Source: Methanobacteriota archaeon (lineage in GTDB: Archaea; Thermoplasmatota; Thermoplasmata; SG8-5; JAGLSY01). From it: a DNA stretch of 64,000 bases. Below the pieces are notes generated by a model. The model made no database searches. It was not told the origin of the DNA and saw only the letters and a list, made by a program, of their open reading frames with translations. The position numbers and the translations under genes are program-made. Position 1 is the stretch's first letter, and each line of letters begins with the position of its first letter. Shown here piece by piece: positions 9,579 through 19,158 of the stretch. The stretch spans positions 224,001 through 288,000 of the forward strand of contig JAEHCQ010000001.1 in the NCBI GenBank assembly GCA_020696385.1, read 5' to 3'.

Positions 9579-12272
9579 TCAGCAACCTCTGCCATGCTCG
9601 TTCTTGAGGTCCAGATACGCACTCACATATCCACCGCTCTCATGCTTGATCTCGAAGCCCATTTTGGTCAATAGGTGGATAGCTGGCTTATTGTCCGTCA
9701 TCATCTCCGCATAGAGTTCGTCTATCTTCCTATCCCTGCATATCTCGATCATATAATCCGCCATCTTCGAGCCAAGGCCAAGCCCATGCCAGGGGTCGGC
9801 TATGATGAAAGCGATCTCGCCATTCTTCTTATCGGGATCCAGTATGACTCTGATAACTCCGAGGATCTTACGCTTGCCCTCATCATTGAGCTCCGCGACT
9901 ATGGCCATCTCTCTGTCGTAGTCGATATTGCAGTATCTGACACGAACCTCATGAGGCGTGTTCTTGATGGATTGGAAGAACCTAAATCGAATAGAACTTT
10001 CAGAGAAATTGTTGAACATCTCCAACCACATTGGCTCATCCTCAGGTTTTATCGGCCTGAGAATGACATCTCGCCCATCCTTCATCTTCCATGGGATCTC
10101 GTATTTCTTCGGATAGGGGTTGATGACCAGGTGCTCGTATTGTTCCTTAGGCTGGAAGACCTTGTCCTTGTCTATGACCACCCTGGCATCCAGGGCGAAA
10201 GCTCCGTTCTCATCGATGAGCAATGGATTGATGTCCACCTCTTTGATCTCCGGGAAATCAATGAGCATATTGGAGAACCTGACCATGATGGATTGAAGTA
10301 GCTTTATATCGGCTGGTGGACGGCCCCTGAAACCCTTGAGCATGGTGTATATCTTGGTCTCTTCCATCATGCGTTTGGCCAATGTCTGATTGAGTGGTGG
10401 TAGCCCTATTGATATATCCTTGTATATCTCCACGCCAGTCCCCCCGGTTCCGAAGGCAATGACCGGCCCAAACAATGGGTCTGATTTTGAGCCTATTATG
10501 ACCTCATAACCACCTTTGACCATTGGTTGGATGGTGACACCACGTATCTCCGCATCGGGATCATATTCCTTGGCATTGTTGATTATAGTATCAAAGGCTT
10601 GTTTGACCTCCTCGTCAGATCCAATATTGAGCATGATGCCTTTGGCATCCGTTTTGTGAACTATCTGAGGCGAGTGTATCTTCATGGCAACTGGATAACC
10701 TATCTGGAAAGCCTTTTGAACGGCTTGAGATTGAGTTTTGGCTATCTCGGTCCTGACAACTGGTATCTCATAATAATCCAGCAAACGCTTTGCCTCTGAT
10801 TCCGTGAGTATCTCCCGCCCCTCTTTGGCCGCATTTCTCATTATGACCATCAAAGGCCTTTTGGGAGGTGCACCATCCATCGTCATCTCATCTGGAGTTT
10901 CATAAAGTAACTCCAGATTTCGCTTGTACTGGTACATGTACATATAGGCATCAATGGCCTGTTCAGGCGTGGCATAGGTCGGTATATTGTTCTTGGAGAA
11001 AACCTGATTCGCCTTCTCCACTCCCTTTCGACCGATAAATGATGTCAATATCGTCTTTGAGTTATGTTTTCCATCCTTGATCACCTTGACGATCCTTCTC
11101 GCGGAATCTGTTGGATCTGCAACACCTTGGACTGTGTTTATCAGAAGTATTCCATCTATCCCTTTATCCTTCAAACAGGCCTTGAAAACGGTCTCGTATC
11201 GATCAGAGCCGGCATCCCCAAGTATGTCAATGGGGTTTCCATGGCTCCAGTAGGGGGGCAGTTTCTCATCCAGCTCCTTTATCGTTTCAGGACTGAGCTG
11301 TGCCAATTTACCACCCTTTTGTATGAGCGCGTCGGTGGCCATTATTCCGGGGCCACCGGCATTGGTGATTATCGCCAACCTCGGGCCTTTTGGCAGTGGC
11401 TGGGTTCCCAGAATGGCCGAGCAATTGAAAAGGTCGCTGATATCATTCACCCTGATCATTCCCGCTCTCTTGAAGGCCGCATCGTATATCGCATCCTCAC
11501 CGGTCATGGATCCCGTGTGGGAAGCTGCTGCTTGAGCACTCTCATAGAACTTTCCAGCCTTGACCACGATGATGGGCTTGGTTCTGGCAAAGTGACGAGC
11601 CGCGCTGATGAACTTCTTCGCATCTTTTATTCCTTCGATATAAAGAAGGATGCTTCGAGTATCTGGGTCAGATCCAAAATGATCGATCAGCTCTCCAAAA
11701 TCCACATCGATCATGGAGCCAATTGACACGAAGGCACTGAGGCCGATATTCTCATGTATGGCCCAATCCAATGTTGCAGTTCCAAGAGCTCCGCTCTGAG
11801 ATATGAAAGCTATCTTTCCAGGTTTGGGCATCTTGCCTGCAAAGGTGGCATTCAATTTGACATCCGGTCTTATGACGCCCAGACAATTAGGTCCGATTAT
11901 TTTGAGGTTGTACTGGTTCTTTATCTCCATTATTTCCTGTTCCAATGCCCTGCCCTTGGCTCCTATTTCCTTGAAGCCAGCAGATATGATGATGATGCCC
12001 TCGATACCGGCCTCGCCACATTCTTTCACAATGCCAGGAACGGTCTTCGCGGGTGTGGAAATTATGGCCAGGTCCACAACTTCAGGTATATCCTTGACGG
12101 ACTTGTAGGCCTTGACCTCGAGGATCTTCTTCTTCCTTATGTTCACAGGGAAGACCTTGCCTTCAAAACCTGAGTTGGTCAAGTTCTGCATCAGTCTGCT
12201 TCCTACTGTCCCTTCCTCATCACTAGCGCCTATCAGGGCTATGTTCTGTGGTTTGAATATCTTGTCCAGCAT
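9579..12272 (-). CDS. ADP-forming acyl-CoA synthetase (alpha+beta) fused to a C-terminal GNAT domain (Pat/PatZ-like)
   Basis: IALIGAS, GPNCLG, ISQSGALG, ASHTGS, KIHSPQIVHKTD, EVDINPL, then LRPIKPEDE...IDYDREMA...GLGLGS GNAT. Confidence 0.92.
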   Translation of the reverse strand: MLDKIFKPQNIALIGASDEEGTVGSRLMQNLTNSGFEGKVFPVNIRKKKILEVKAYKSVKDIPEVVDLAIISTPAKTVPGIVKECGEAGIEGIIIISAGFKEIGAKGRALEQEIMEIKNQYNLKIIGPNCLGVIRPDVKLNATFAGKMPKPGKIAFISQSGALGTATLDWAIHENIGLSAFVSIGSMIDVDFGELIDHFGSDPDTRSILLYIEGIKDAKKFISAARHFARTKPIIVVKAGKFYESAQAAASHTGSMTGEDAIYDAAFKRAGMIRVNDISDLFNCSAILGTQPLPKGPRLAIITNAGGPGIMATDALIQKGGKLAQLSPETIKELDEKLPPYWSHGNPIDILGDAGSDRYETVFKACLKDKGIDGILLINTVQGVADPTDSARRIVKVIKDGKHNSKTILTSFIGRKGVEKANQVFSKNNIPTYATPEQAIDAYMYMYQYKRNLELLYETPDEMTMDGAPPKRPLMVIMRNAAKEGREILTESEAKRLLDYYEIPVVRTEIAKTQSQAVQKAFQIGYPVAMKIHSPQIVHKTDAKGIMLNIGSDEEVKQAFDTIINNAKEYDPDAEIRGVTIQPMVKGGYEVIIGSKSDPLFGPVIAFGTGGTGVEIYKDISIGLPPLNQTLAKRMMEETKIYTMLKGFRGRPPADIKLLQSIMVRFSNMLIDFPEIKEVDINPLLIDENGAFALDARVVIDKDKVFQPKEQYEHLVINPYPKKYEIPWKMKDGRDVILRPIKPEDEPMWLEMFNNFSESSIRFRFFQSIKNTPHEVRVRYCNIDYDREMAIVAELNDEGKRKILGVIRVILDPDKKNGEIAFIIADPWHGLGLGSKMADYMIEICRDRKIDELYAEMMTDNKPAIHLLTKMGFEIKHESGGYVSAYLDLKNEHGRGC

Positions 12273-12341
12273 TTTATCACCTCTCCATCTTCAGAGTCAA
12301 CCATTTATGGGCTACATCTGTAGTTTGGGGACTAAGAATCA

Positions 12342-12364
12342 ATAATGAAAGTCACTTTCATTAT
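12342..12364. promoter_or_regulatory. Perfect 11-1-11 palindrome, candidate operator
   Basis: ATAATGAAAGT-C-ACTTTCATTAT between the divergent Pat-like and Lrp genes. Confidence 0.5.
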
Positions 12365-12766
12365 CGTCTTCTATAGGTGAATATATCCGATCCATTTATA
12401 ATAGCCTATGTTATTATTTCTGTAACAAATAGATAAATAATATTGCCATTATTTACAATATGTAACATAATATAATCACATATATACAAATAGTCCGTCA
12501 AACATATAATTATGTGGAGAAGATAAAATGAATTCAAATATGATAGAAGAGGTGGATGCATTATGGTATTGGATACTCGAACAAAACAAGAAAGATATCC
12601 CTCAGCTATGCCTTCCTCGAAACCTGACAGGATAATGACACAATCGCAGATACCGATCAAAGATATTGATCCTTCGATACCATCAAAAAAATGTAGCACA
12701 GGTCAAAAAGATAGTGTCAATATAGTTATATCTAATCACAATATACTCAATAATACGGATGATAAT

Positions 12767-13315
12767 ATGACAAATAGTAGCGAAATACCCCAAAAAAAGT
12801 CAAATAGTAACAAATCAGAGTATGGTGATAAGATCCTTCAAAGCCTGATGGATGACCCCACAAGAAGTGATAGCGAGATCGCCCAGGATCTGAACACCTA
12901 CAGGCAGAAGGTCTGGCGACGCAGAAAGGAACTGGAAGAAGAAAATGACATCTGGGGATACACCGCGGTGGTGGACGAGAGCAAACTGAATCACGTATCC
13001 TATATCGTTCTCATGAAGACAAGGACAATGAACAAGGAGCTTGTGGACATACTGATCAAGCGCATAACTCTGGAGGAACCAAGGAAGCAAGGAGTCCGTC
13101 TCAAGAACATGTTCTATGTGAATGGCGAGTTCGACTGGGTCATACGTTTCACGGCTCCAGATCATGCAACTGCTAGGAAATATTTCGAGACATTAAGGCT
13201 CCAATATGCGGATCATCTACAGGAAAAACCAGTCATGATAGACATCAATTTTTCCCTAGTATTAGAGGGAAAACATAATCCAGACCTGAATGAACTACAT
13301 GATTTTGTACCTTAG
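12767..13315 (+). CDS. Lrp/AsnC-family transcriptional regulator (ORF open from 12563)
   Basis: DKILQSLMDDPTRSDSEIAQDL..YRQKVWRRRKELEEE..IWGYTAVVD HTH; RAM-like YVNGEFDWVI. Confidence 0.85.
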   Translation: MTNSSEIPQKKSNSNKSEYGDKILQSLMDDPTRSDSEIAQDLNTYRQKVWRRRKELEEENDIWGYTAVVDESKLNHVSYIVLMKTRTMNKELVDILIKRITLEEPRKQGVRLKNMFYVNGEFDWVIRFTAPDHATARKYFETLRLQYADHLQEKPVMIDINFSLVLEGKHNPDLNELHDFVP

Positions 13316-13368
13316 AGGGATTGATGTTTTCTCAATCTCCATAGGTAAATATGACCCTGAAAAATGAC

Positions 13369-14139
13369 TCACCTGGTCATGACATAATAGAACATGGTTG
13401 ACCAGATATAGCTGATTATCACGACTATCACAGTTCCGAACACAGGGCCACAGGAAGGGAAGACCAGATATGCGGCCACAGAATAGACCACAATGTTGAA
13501 TGTGCCAGGTATCATTGTGGTGCCTATTGCTCCGGTAAACTCTTCTCCCTGGCGTGTGTAGAGGATTATCATCGTCGATAGGAATATGGCGGGGAAAACA
13601 GAGAGAATGGCACTGATCACTGGGCCGCCCACTGTCGACATGAAGACTGCAAATGCAATTACACTTCCGGCAAATAATCCCCGGAAGGCGATCTCACGCG
13701 GCCTGTACTTGACCCTACTTCCTCCCACACCCTCATAGTTCCTCCTGGCCCCGAACCAGGCCAGAGCCGTCAGGGCAGCAATTGTGTATATGGTTAGTGT
13801 GACGATAATGGAGTCCGGGTGAAGTAGATAGAGGGATAATGCAAGAAGGAACCAGCCTGCCATAGAGGTTGCCAGTGCCTTTCCAAGACCGAGCTTTATG
13901 GTGGAAACAAACAGTAGGAGGAACACGATATTTATGCCCATGCCAGCGGGAATGGTTCTGGCAGTCTCGACTGCAAGTTCAGTTCCACCGTCCAGTCCAA
14001 TAAAGAGCAAGGCTACTATAATTGTGGAGGGTAGGGTGACCAGAACTCCGCCCCTCCTTGAACCGAATCTCTCAGCCACCAGTGTCATGCCTATCACCCA
14101 AAAGGATGCCAGAATGAAGGATAGGAATGTCTGAAGCAT
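13369..14139 (-). CDS. Multi-pass membrane protein (DUF3147-like, duplicated halves)
   Basis: About 8 hydrophobic segments; AERFGSRRGGVLVTLP mirrored by GGPVISAILSVFP. Confidence 0.6.
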   Translation of the reverse strand: MLQTFLSFILASFWVIGMTLVAERFGSRRGGVLVTLPSTIIVALLFIGLDGGTELAVETARTIPAGMGINIVFLLLFVSTIKLGLGKALATSMAGWFLLALSLYLLHPDSIIVTLTIYTIAALTALAWFGARRNYEGVGGSRVKYRPREIAFRGLFAGSVIAFAVFMSTVGGPVISAILSVFPAIFLSTMIILYTRQGEEFTGAIGTTMIPGTFNIVVYSVAAYLVFPSCGPVFGTVIVVIISYIWSTMFYYVMTR

Positions 14140-14341
14140 TGCCACGCCCTATGTTGAACCGCCTATATTATTCTCACTTCGAGGATGATGCCGTGAAGAC
14201 AGTAGTGAAGCTAGCTGAGTTATCGGATAATGGATGGACAGTGGCTTGACCCTTTGAATACAGTTATTATCAATAATAGAATGAAAGAGATCTTATACCT
14301 CTGGATACATACAATTAGGAGAGACTTATATAAAGAATAAG

Positions 14342-14451
14342 TGGGCCTGTCCGAATTTCCAAACAGCCGGCTATTTTCATGCCGGCCTCTTTTGAATCGG
14401 AGATCTCCGCCGTGTGAAGGCGGCGTCATAACCTGGCTAGACCACAGGCCC
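14342..14451 (-). tRNA. tRNA-Val(CAC) with 35-nt intron at 59/60 (14356-14390)
   Basis: GGGCCTG/CAGGCCCA acceptor; CCGCC-TTCACAC-GGCGG anticodon arm; T arm TCCGA-TTCAAA^T-TCGGA interrupted by a BHB intron. Confidence 0.92.
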
Positions 14452-14562
14452 GAGTTGGTATTACCTGGAAATGCCAATGAGTAATAAAGATTTTCTATGA
14501 GCCCACCCATTCAATAGCCAAAAGGTATTTATCATATCTATCATTCACACCACTATCTGAAT

Positions 14563-14636
14563 GGGCCCGTGGGTTAGCTTGGCTATACTTGTGGCTTTGG
14601 GAGTCACAGACTCCGGTTCAAATCCGGGCGGGCCCA
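14563..14636 (+). tRNA. tRNA-Pro(TGG)
   Basis: GGGCCCG/CGGGCCCA acceptor; GTGGC-TTTGGGA-GTCAC; CCGG-TTCAAAT-CCGG. Confidence 0.95.
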
Positions 14637-14871
14637 CTTTTCTTTACTATATTTTATATACATTCATAGAAAAATGGCAAGACTTGAAGCGTTACATTTC
14701 TCAGTGATGGCTTCAAGTCGTAGCCATCAATCTTTTTCTAAGCCAGTGTTTTATATCCATAAAGAAAAAGATTGTTGGGTAGACTTGGGCTGCGAAGCAG
14801 AACAAGGCTAAACCCATCTTTGTTTTTATTTAAAGGTTAAATAGGCAATCCAGCACAAATTCGTTTTGGTC

Positions 14872-15279
14872 TTAACACAAAACAATTCTAACTCGTTTTT
14901 GTGATTCATGTGCATTCTTACAGACAATGATAAGCTCATTTAAAATTGATTTGAGGTCATCAACATCTTTTTTCTGAAGCAAATATCCTTCCAAAGGCAT
15001 ACTAATCATATCTTCTCCTTCATTGTTCATTGCTGACAATAATGAAGAAAAGGTTTCCATCAAGGATAATGGAGATTGCCATGCTTCAGCACCTTCGCTA
15101 CCATCAGTTGCTAAATGGAATGATTCCAAATCAAACTCGTAAACTTCTGAAAGATAATTAGTTGTTGAATCAGAATCATAGGTAAGATCAAAATATAACT
15201 TTGCAAATAATCTTGAATCTTTTGGTGGCCAGTCATCCGGTTCCATCCCTTCAACTTGTAATGTCGCATCTATTCCCAT
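14872..15279 (-). CDS. Hypothetical acidic protein (AT-rich island)
   Basis: 135-aa ORF overlapping the upstream ORF; no motif recognised. Confidence 0.6.
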   Translation of the reverse strand: MGIDATLQVEGMEPDDWPPKDSRLFAKLYFDLTYDSDSTTNYLSEVYEFDLESFHLATDGSEGAEAWQSPLSLMETFSSLLSAMNNEGEDMISMPLEGYLLQKKDVDDLKSILNELIIVCKNAHESQKRVRIVLC

Positions 15280-16247
15280 ATGTTCTCCTCAATTAATCTA
15301 TCAAATTCAACAGCATACTTTGGTATTCTTTCATTATTCAAATCTAAATTAATTTCATCAAATATATCGCCCAATGATAAATTATTCTTAGTGCCATCAC
15401 TAACAATTTCAAAAATATCTAGTAGAAGATTTTCTCCTAAAACTAATCCTCTTCTAAATTCAATTATCCGTTCCATTTTCTTACCTTTGGCTTCATCAAA
15501 CTCTACTGTTCTTTGAAAATTTGATGGTTTCGTGATTACTCTCCAAGAAATGTTAGGATGTTTGAGCCTCAATAAGAAGCCAAAATACAATGCAAAAATA
15601 TCATTACATATTGTCAAATTTGACTTGGAATATCTAGTTGATTTCGGTATATCATTTAACTGTTTTAAAATATTTTGAAAAATGTCGATTTTTTGGCCAA
15701 AATTTGTGCCAGGATAATGTAATCCAAGATTTTTGGAAATTGTTGATTCCATTTCCTTATATTTCAGTGTGGCTTCATTATATCGAGTACCATATTCATA
15801 TTTTAGATTTTCCCATATCCTACATAATGACATTTCTAATGAGGCTAATGGGGATCTCGATGCATAGTATCTATATTTTTTTGGTAGCCTTTTACGTGTA
15901 TATATGATAACTGGCTTTCCACGTAAATCATCTGAAAAACTTAATTCCCCAAATATGAAATCAAGTCCTGCAAATTCATCATCAGTATGTAGTGGAAGAT
16001 CATACAGAATAATCGGGACTTTCACATATTCTTTATAATCTGTAACATAATGGATAATAACTCTTTCGTCAATTTTTGGCAGATGTTTAGGGCCAACTTT
16101 TGAGATTTTAATACCGTTTTCAGTGAATTGTTTTTTTATGAGTTTTAATTCACTCTTTTTAAATTCAGACCATTCTTCTCCTCTATTTGGAATTTTAATA
16201 TTTGGAAAGTCAGAATTTGTTGGTGTTAATTCAATTAGCTCATCCAT
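15270..16247 (-). CDS. Hypothetical protein (AT-rich island)
   Basis: 325-aa ORF with strong SD (GGAGGGAGG); very AT-rich codons; no motif recognised. Confidence 0.7.
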   Translation of the reverse strand: MDELIELTPTNSDFPNIKIPNRGEEWSEFKKSELKLIKKQFTENGIKISKVGPKHLPKIDERVIIHYVTDYKEYVKVPIILYDLPLHTDDEFAGLDFIFGELSFSDDLRGKPVIIYTRKRLPKKYRYYASRSPLASLEMSLCRIWENLKYEYGTRYNEATLKYKEMESTISKNLGLHYPGTNFGQKIDIFQNILKQLNDIPKSTRYSKSNLTICNDIFALYFGFLLRLKHPNISWRVITKPSNFQRTVEFDEAKGKKMERIIEFRRGLVLGENLLLDIFEIVSDGTKNNLSLGDIFDEINLDLNNERIPKYAVEFDRLIEENIWE

Positions 16248-16380
16248 TCATTAATCCTCCCTCCTTCCTTTTAGTTGAATCTGATTACTTAAATCTTTGC
16301 ACCCCCTAACTGGTCATTATTTTCCAGTTATATTATATACTCAAACTCACATTTTCTACAAAACAGAGGGAGAATACATT

Positions 16381-17766
16381 ATGACGAATTATGAAGATCA
16401 AAATAAGATACTGGACAAATGCCAGTCGCATATTGAGAAAGCGAATGTCGATTTCATTGACATTCGCTACGAAATAAAAAAGGAGATCGATATCGGCTTT
16501 GAAAGCGCTGATATCAAAGAGGTTGGCTCGAATACCACGGATGGATATGTTATACGGGTATTGAACAATGGCGGTTTCGGCCTATCGATAGTGACGAAGC
16601 CAGATGACATTCCCTGGGCGATAGAGAAAGCCCAGGAGGCTGCGAAGGTGATATCGACCATAGACCGATCGGAACTGGCGGATGTTCCCGTGGTTCAGGA
16701 TATCATCACATTGAAGCTTGAGCATGATCCCAGGGATGTGCCCCTTGAGGAAAAGATGGAGCTTACCAGGAAGTACAATGACATCATGCTGGCACAGCCG
16801 GAGATATCATCCACCAGTTTGGCTTACAGCGAGGTGTACCGCCAGAAATTCTACGTAAACTCAGAAGGAACAAGAGTTGCTGAGGAACTTATGACCGTGA
16901 GTATGACCGGCCAGGCAGTCGCTTCAAGAGACGGGATATCCCAGAATATCCGAGTGGGCATTGGTGGATCCACTGGCATGAAGAACCTGTATGGGAGGGA
17001 CGATGTCTTTGTTCGCAGGGCGGAAATAGCTCGGGAACTCCTGGATGCCGAGCCAGTCAAAGGCGGGACTTACACAGTTTTATTGAATTCCAGCATGACC
17101 GGGGTATTCGCCCACGAGGCCTTCGGACATTTCAGCGAGGCCGATGGCCTGGAGAATAATAAATCACTGAGAGAGAAGATGCAGCTGGGTCTCAAATTGG
17201 GATCGGACAAGATCACGATAGTCGCGGACTCCACAATGGAAGGAGATCTTGGTTACTATCAATATGATGATGAAGGTGTCAGGGTGAAGAAGATCACATT
17301 GCTGGATAAGGGCATACTGACTGGAAGACTTCATTCGAGGAAGACCGCGGCAGGCTTCGGGGAGAAGTATACTGGCCACTGTATTGCCGAGGATTATCGA
17401 TACTCGCCAATTATCAGAATGGGGACCATTTTCGTAGAGGCTGGTGACAAGGACTTTGATGACCTTGTCAAGGAAGTTGGGGATGGACTGTACATTTGCG
17501 ATGCGAAGGGCGGCCAGACTGTTGGCGGCAACTTCACATTTGGAGCCCAGTACGGCTACCTGATAAAGGATGGAAAGGTCGGGCCAATGGTCCGAGATAT
17601 CAACATGATGGGAAATCTCTTCACCACTCTTGAGAATATAACAGAGGTGGGAAATGACTTCCACCTTTCAGAAAGGGGTGGATGTGGCAAAGGCCAGTGG
17701 AATATCAAATCCGCGCATGGTGGACCGCATATGATTATCAAAGAAACTGTCGTGGGGGGTGTTTGA
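16381..17766 (+). CDS. tldD: TldD metalloprotease
   Basis: HEAFGHFSEAD, YDDEGV, PIIRMG, GCGKGQ; ATG 16381 after GGGAGA. Confidence 0.93.
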   Translation: MTNYEDQNKILDKCQSHIEKANVDFIDIRYEIKKEIDIGFESADIKEVGSNTTDGYVIRVLNNGGFGLSIVTKPDDIPWAIEKAQEAAKVISTIDRSELADVPVVQDIITLKLEHDPRDVPLEEKMELTRKYNDIMLAQPEISSTSLAYSEVYRQKFYVNSEGTRVAEELMTVSMTGQAVASRDGISQNIRVGIGGSTGMKNLYGRDDVFVRRAEIARELLDAEPVKGGTYTVLLNSSMTGVFAHEAFGHFSEADGLENNKSLREKMQLGLKLGSDKITIVADSTMEGDLGYYQYDDEGVRVKKITLLDKGILTGRLHSRKTAAGFGEKYTGHCIAEDYRYSPIIRMGTIFVEAGDKDFDDLVKEVGDGLYICDAKGGQTVGGNFTFGAQYGYLIKDGKVGPMVRDINMMGNLFTTLENITEVGNDFHLSERGGCGKGQWNIKSAHGGPHMIIKETVVGGV

Positions 17767-19074
17767 TTGAAAAGAGTATTGGAAATAGCGGATAAACTGG
17801 CAGATGAGGCCGAGATATTATTCCTGGAAGAAAAGGCATCCAGCCTCACTATAGAGGATTCCAAATTAAGAGATATAGAAGGAACCATAAATTCAGGTTA
17901 TGCTCTCAGGCTTATCAAGGATGGAAAGATAGGCAGTGCTTTCACTCGCAATCTCATAAATAGGGAGGAACTGGTGAAGAATGCACTGAACTCCCTGATA
18001 GGCAATGTGAAGGCTGATTACAGCTTCCCAGAGCCTGCGAAGATAAAAGAGTTCACGCAGTTCAGCAAGGAAACAGAAAGCCTCACCTATACGGGCCTTC
18101 TGGACAAATGCAATGACGCGATCCATCATTTCGAGGGTAAGGTAGAGGGGCAGATCAATTGTTATTCGGGTTCTGGTATTAGAACCAGAAAAATAATGAA
18201 CACTCATGGCGTGGATCATGTGGAAGAAAGTTCCATGTTCTACAGTGTGCCAGCATTGGTATATCCAGGTACTCATACCTCTATAATGAATATATTTATG
18301 ACCGTGGCACCACAGAGTCTCACCCATACCGAACTGCAGGACCAGCTTGATCTTTACACATCCTCTTTACCAGAAGTGGAAATTGGTTCTAGCAAGATGA
18401 AGGTCATGTTCATGCCGGGAGCCTTTACCGGCCTGATATGGAGATTGAATGCAGGAACCAATGGCAAGAACTTCTATGAAAAGAGCTCGCCATTGGTCAA
18501 TAAAGTCGGTGATAAGATCATATCCGACAAGATCACTGTGACCAATGATCCCTTTGACCTTGAGAGGCCAGGAGCCTGTGCCTTTGATGATGAGGGAGTG
18601 GCAGCAAGAAAGCTGGACATCATCAAGGATGGGGTGCTTGAAACATGCTTCGTGGACCTTGATTATGCGGATAAACTTAACATGGAGCCAACGGGAACAG
18701 GCTTTAGAGAGACCCTGTGGGGCGAGGATGGTGTATCCATCCCCATAATCCCAAACCCAAAGCACATGCGTATACAGCCAGGAAAAGAGACCTACAAGGG
18801 ATTGCTGGGCATGATGGATGAGGGTGTCATAGCTCTAGATATGATCGGGTATCATTCAGGCAATATCCTTAATGGGGATTTCTCAATGGGGATGAATCCC
18901 GGCCTTTATGTCAAGAATGGAGAGATCATCGGAAGGGTGAAGGATGGCATGGTGGCTGGTAATGTCTATGATATGCTGAGCAATGTGCTTGGTGTGGAGG
19001 ATAGGATACACGATAAGAATGGCAGGCCACACCCATGCGTGCTCTTCGATGATGTCGCGGTCTCGGCCAAGTAA
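17767..19074 (+). CDS. pmbA: TldE/PmbA family protein
   Basis: Abuts tldD; FDDEGV, GDFS, GMVAGNVYDML; no HExxH. Confidence 0.88.
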   Translation: MKRVLEIADKLADEAEILFLEEKASSLTIEDSKLRDIEGTINSGYALRLIKDGKIGSAFTRNLINREELVKNALNSLIGNVKADYSFPEPAKIKEFTQFSKETESLTYTGLLDKCNDAIHHFEGKVEGQINCYSGSGIRTRKIMNTHGVDHVEESSMFYSVPALVYPGTHTSIMNIFMTVAPQSLTHTELQDQLDLYTSSLPEVEIGSSKMKVMFMPGAFTGLIWRLNAGTNGKNFYEKSSPLVNKVGDKIISDKITVTNDPFDLERPGACAFDDEGVAARKLDIIKDGVLETCFVDLDYADKLNMEPTGTGFRETLWGEDGVSIPIIPNPKHMRIQPGKETYKGLLGMMDEGVIALDMIGYHSGNILNGDFSMGMNPGLYVKNGEIIGRVKDGMVAGNVYDMLSNVLGVEDRIHDKNGRPHPCVLFDDVAVSAK

Positions 19075-19158
19075 GGAATCGAGAATTAAGGATTGTGTTA
19101 AATGGGCTCCATCCCAATTGGCACAATCCTTAATAATCACCCAAGGTATCTTGCATTG

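Noticed and set aside
9564-9582. 9-bp tandem duplication GTAAGCTCA between convergent stop codons
   Set aside because: Too short; no element lies between the copies.
12563-12766. N-terminal extension of the Lrp ORF
   Set aside because: AT-rich and low complexity, probably upstream of the true start; cannot be supported.
14640-14872. Integron attC site or attR repeat beside the island
   Set aside because: No correctly ordered RYYYAAC...GTTRRRY pair, no tRNA-Pro 3' duplication, no integrase.
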